DNA of 61,857 nt, counting the filler. It is 4 parts of 4 records of this genome, joined end to end, with 100 filler letters (N's around TTAATTAATTAA, not from the genome) between each part and the next. Parts side by side here need not be neighbours in the genome. Positions count along the whole stretch, not along the records: positions 54,286 to 61,857 come from SRR22947725_4152; 3 more parts are not named here. One strand, given 5' to 3'. The notes under the pieces were generated by a model. It saw nothing but the letters and a program-made list of their open reading frames with translations, was not told the origin of the DNA and did not search any database. Positions 61,660 through 61,857 of the stretch are shown here, in pieces. Position numbers and translations under genes: made by a program. How positions within the stretch are numbered: the first letter of the stretch is position 1; every line of letters begins with the position of its first letter.

Positions 61660-61857
<198 letters not shown>

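Overview
This window is not one genome. It is four unrelated contigs joined by three identical 100-nt artificial linkers (44 N + TTAATTAATTAA + 44 N) at 21858-21957, 29632-29731 and 54186-54285. (1) 1-21857: a mid-GC bacterium, probably Verrucomicrobiota (inferred from dnaB-bamA-skp order, PQQ-like propellers and eukaryote-type HisA). It also carries a RAYT/Y1 HUH transposase, a ptsI-led operon with sugar-acid catabolic and TRAP genes, and a possibly structured intergenic RNA. (2) 21958-29631: an AT-rich, probably marine alphaproteobacterium with hppA, an L,D-transpeptidase, ampG, LPS/glycosyltransferase genes and a tcuA fragment. (3) 29732-54185: GC-rich, gene-dense, intron-poor nuclear DNA of a chlorophyte alga. 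It encodes a hidden 73-aa three-exon gene, QTRT2, CCT5, acyl-CoA oxidase, a Nudix enzyme, a run of cell-cycle/S-phase genes (DPB2, F-box, cyclin A, MCM6, ATRIP-like) with recurrent E2F and CHR-like motifs, a GalT/HIT-like enzyme and glucan water dikinase. Six introns could be resolved by eye. (4) 54286-61857: a Pelagibacter/SAR11-like contig with an IclR/MmsA/Fe-ADH/TRAP cassette between sdhB and mdh. Best leads: the SAR11-like organic-acid cassette, the algal S-phase cluster with shared motifs, and the apparently domesticated leaderless RAYT. Family calls come from motif recognition only; no searches were run.
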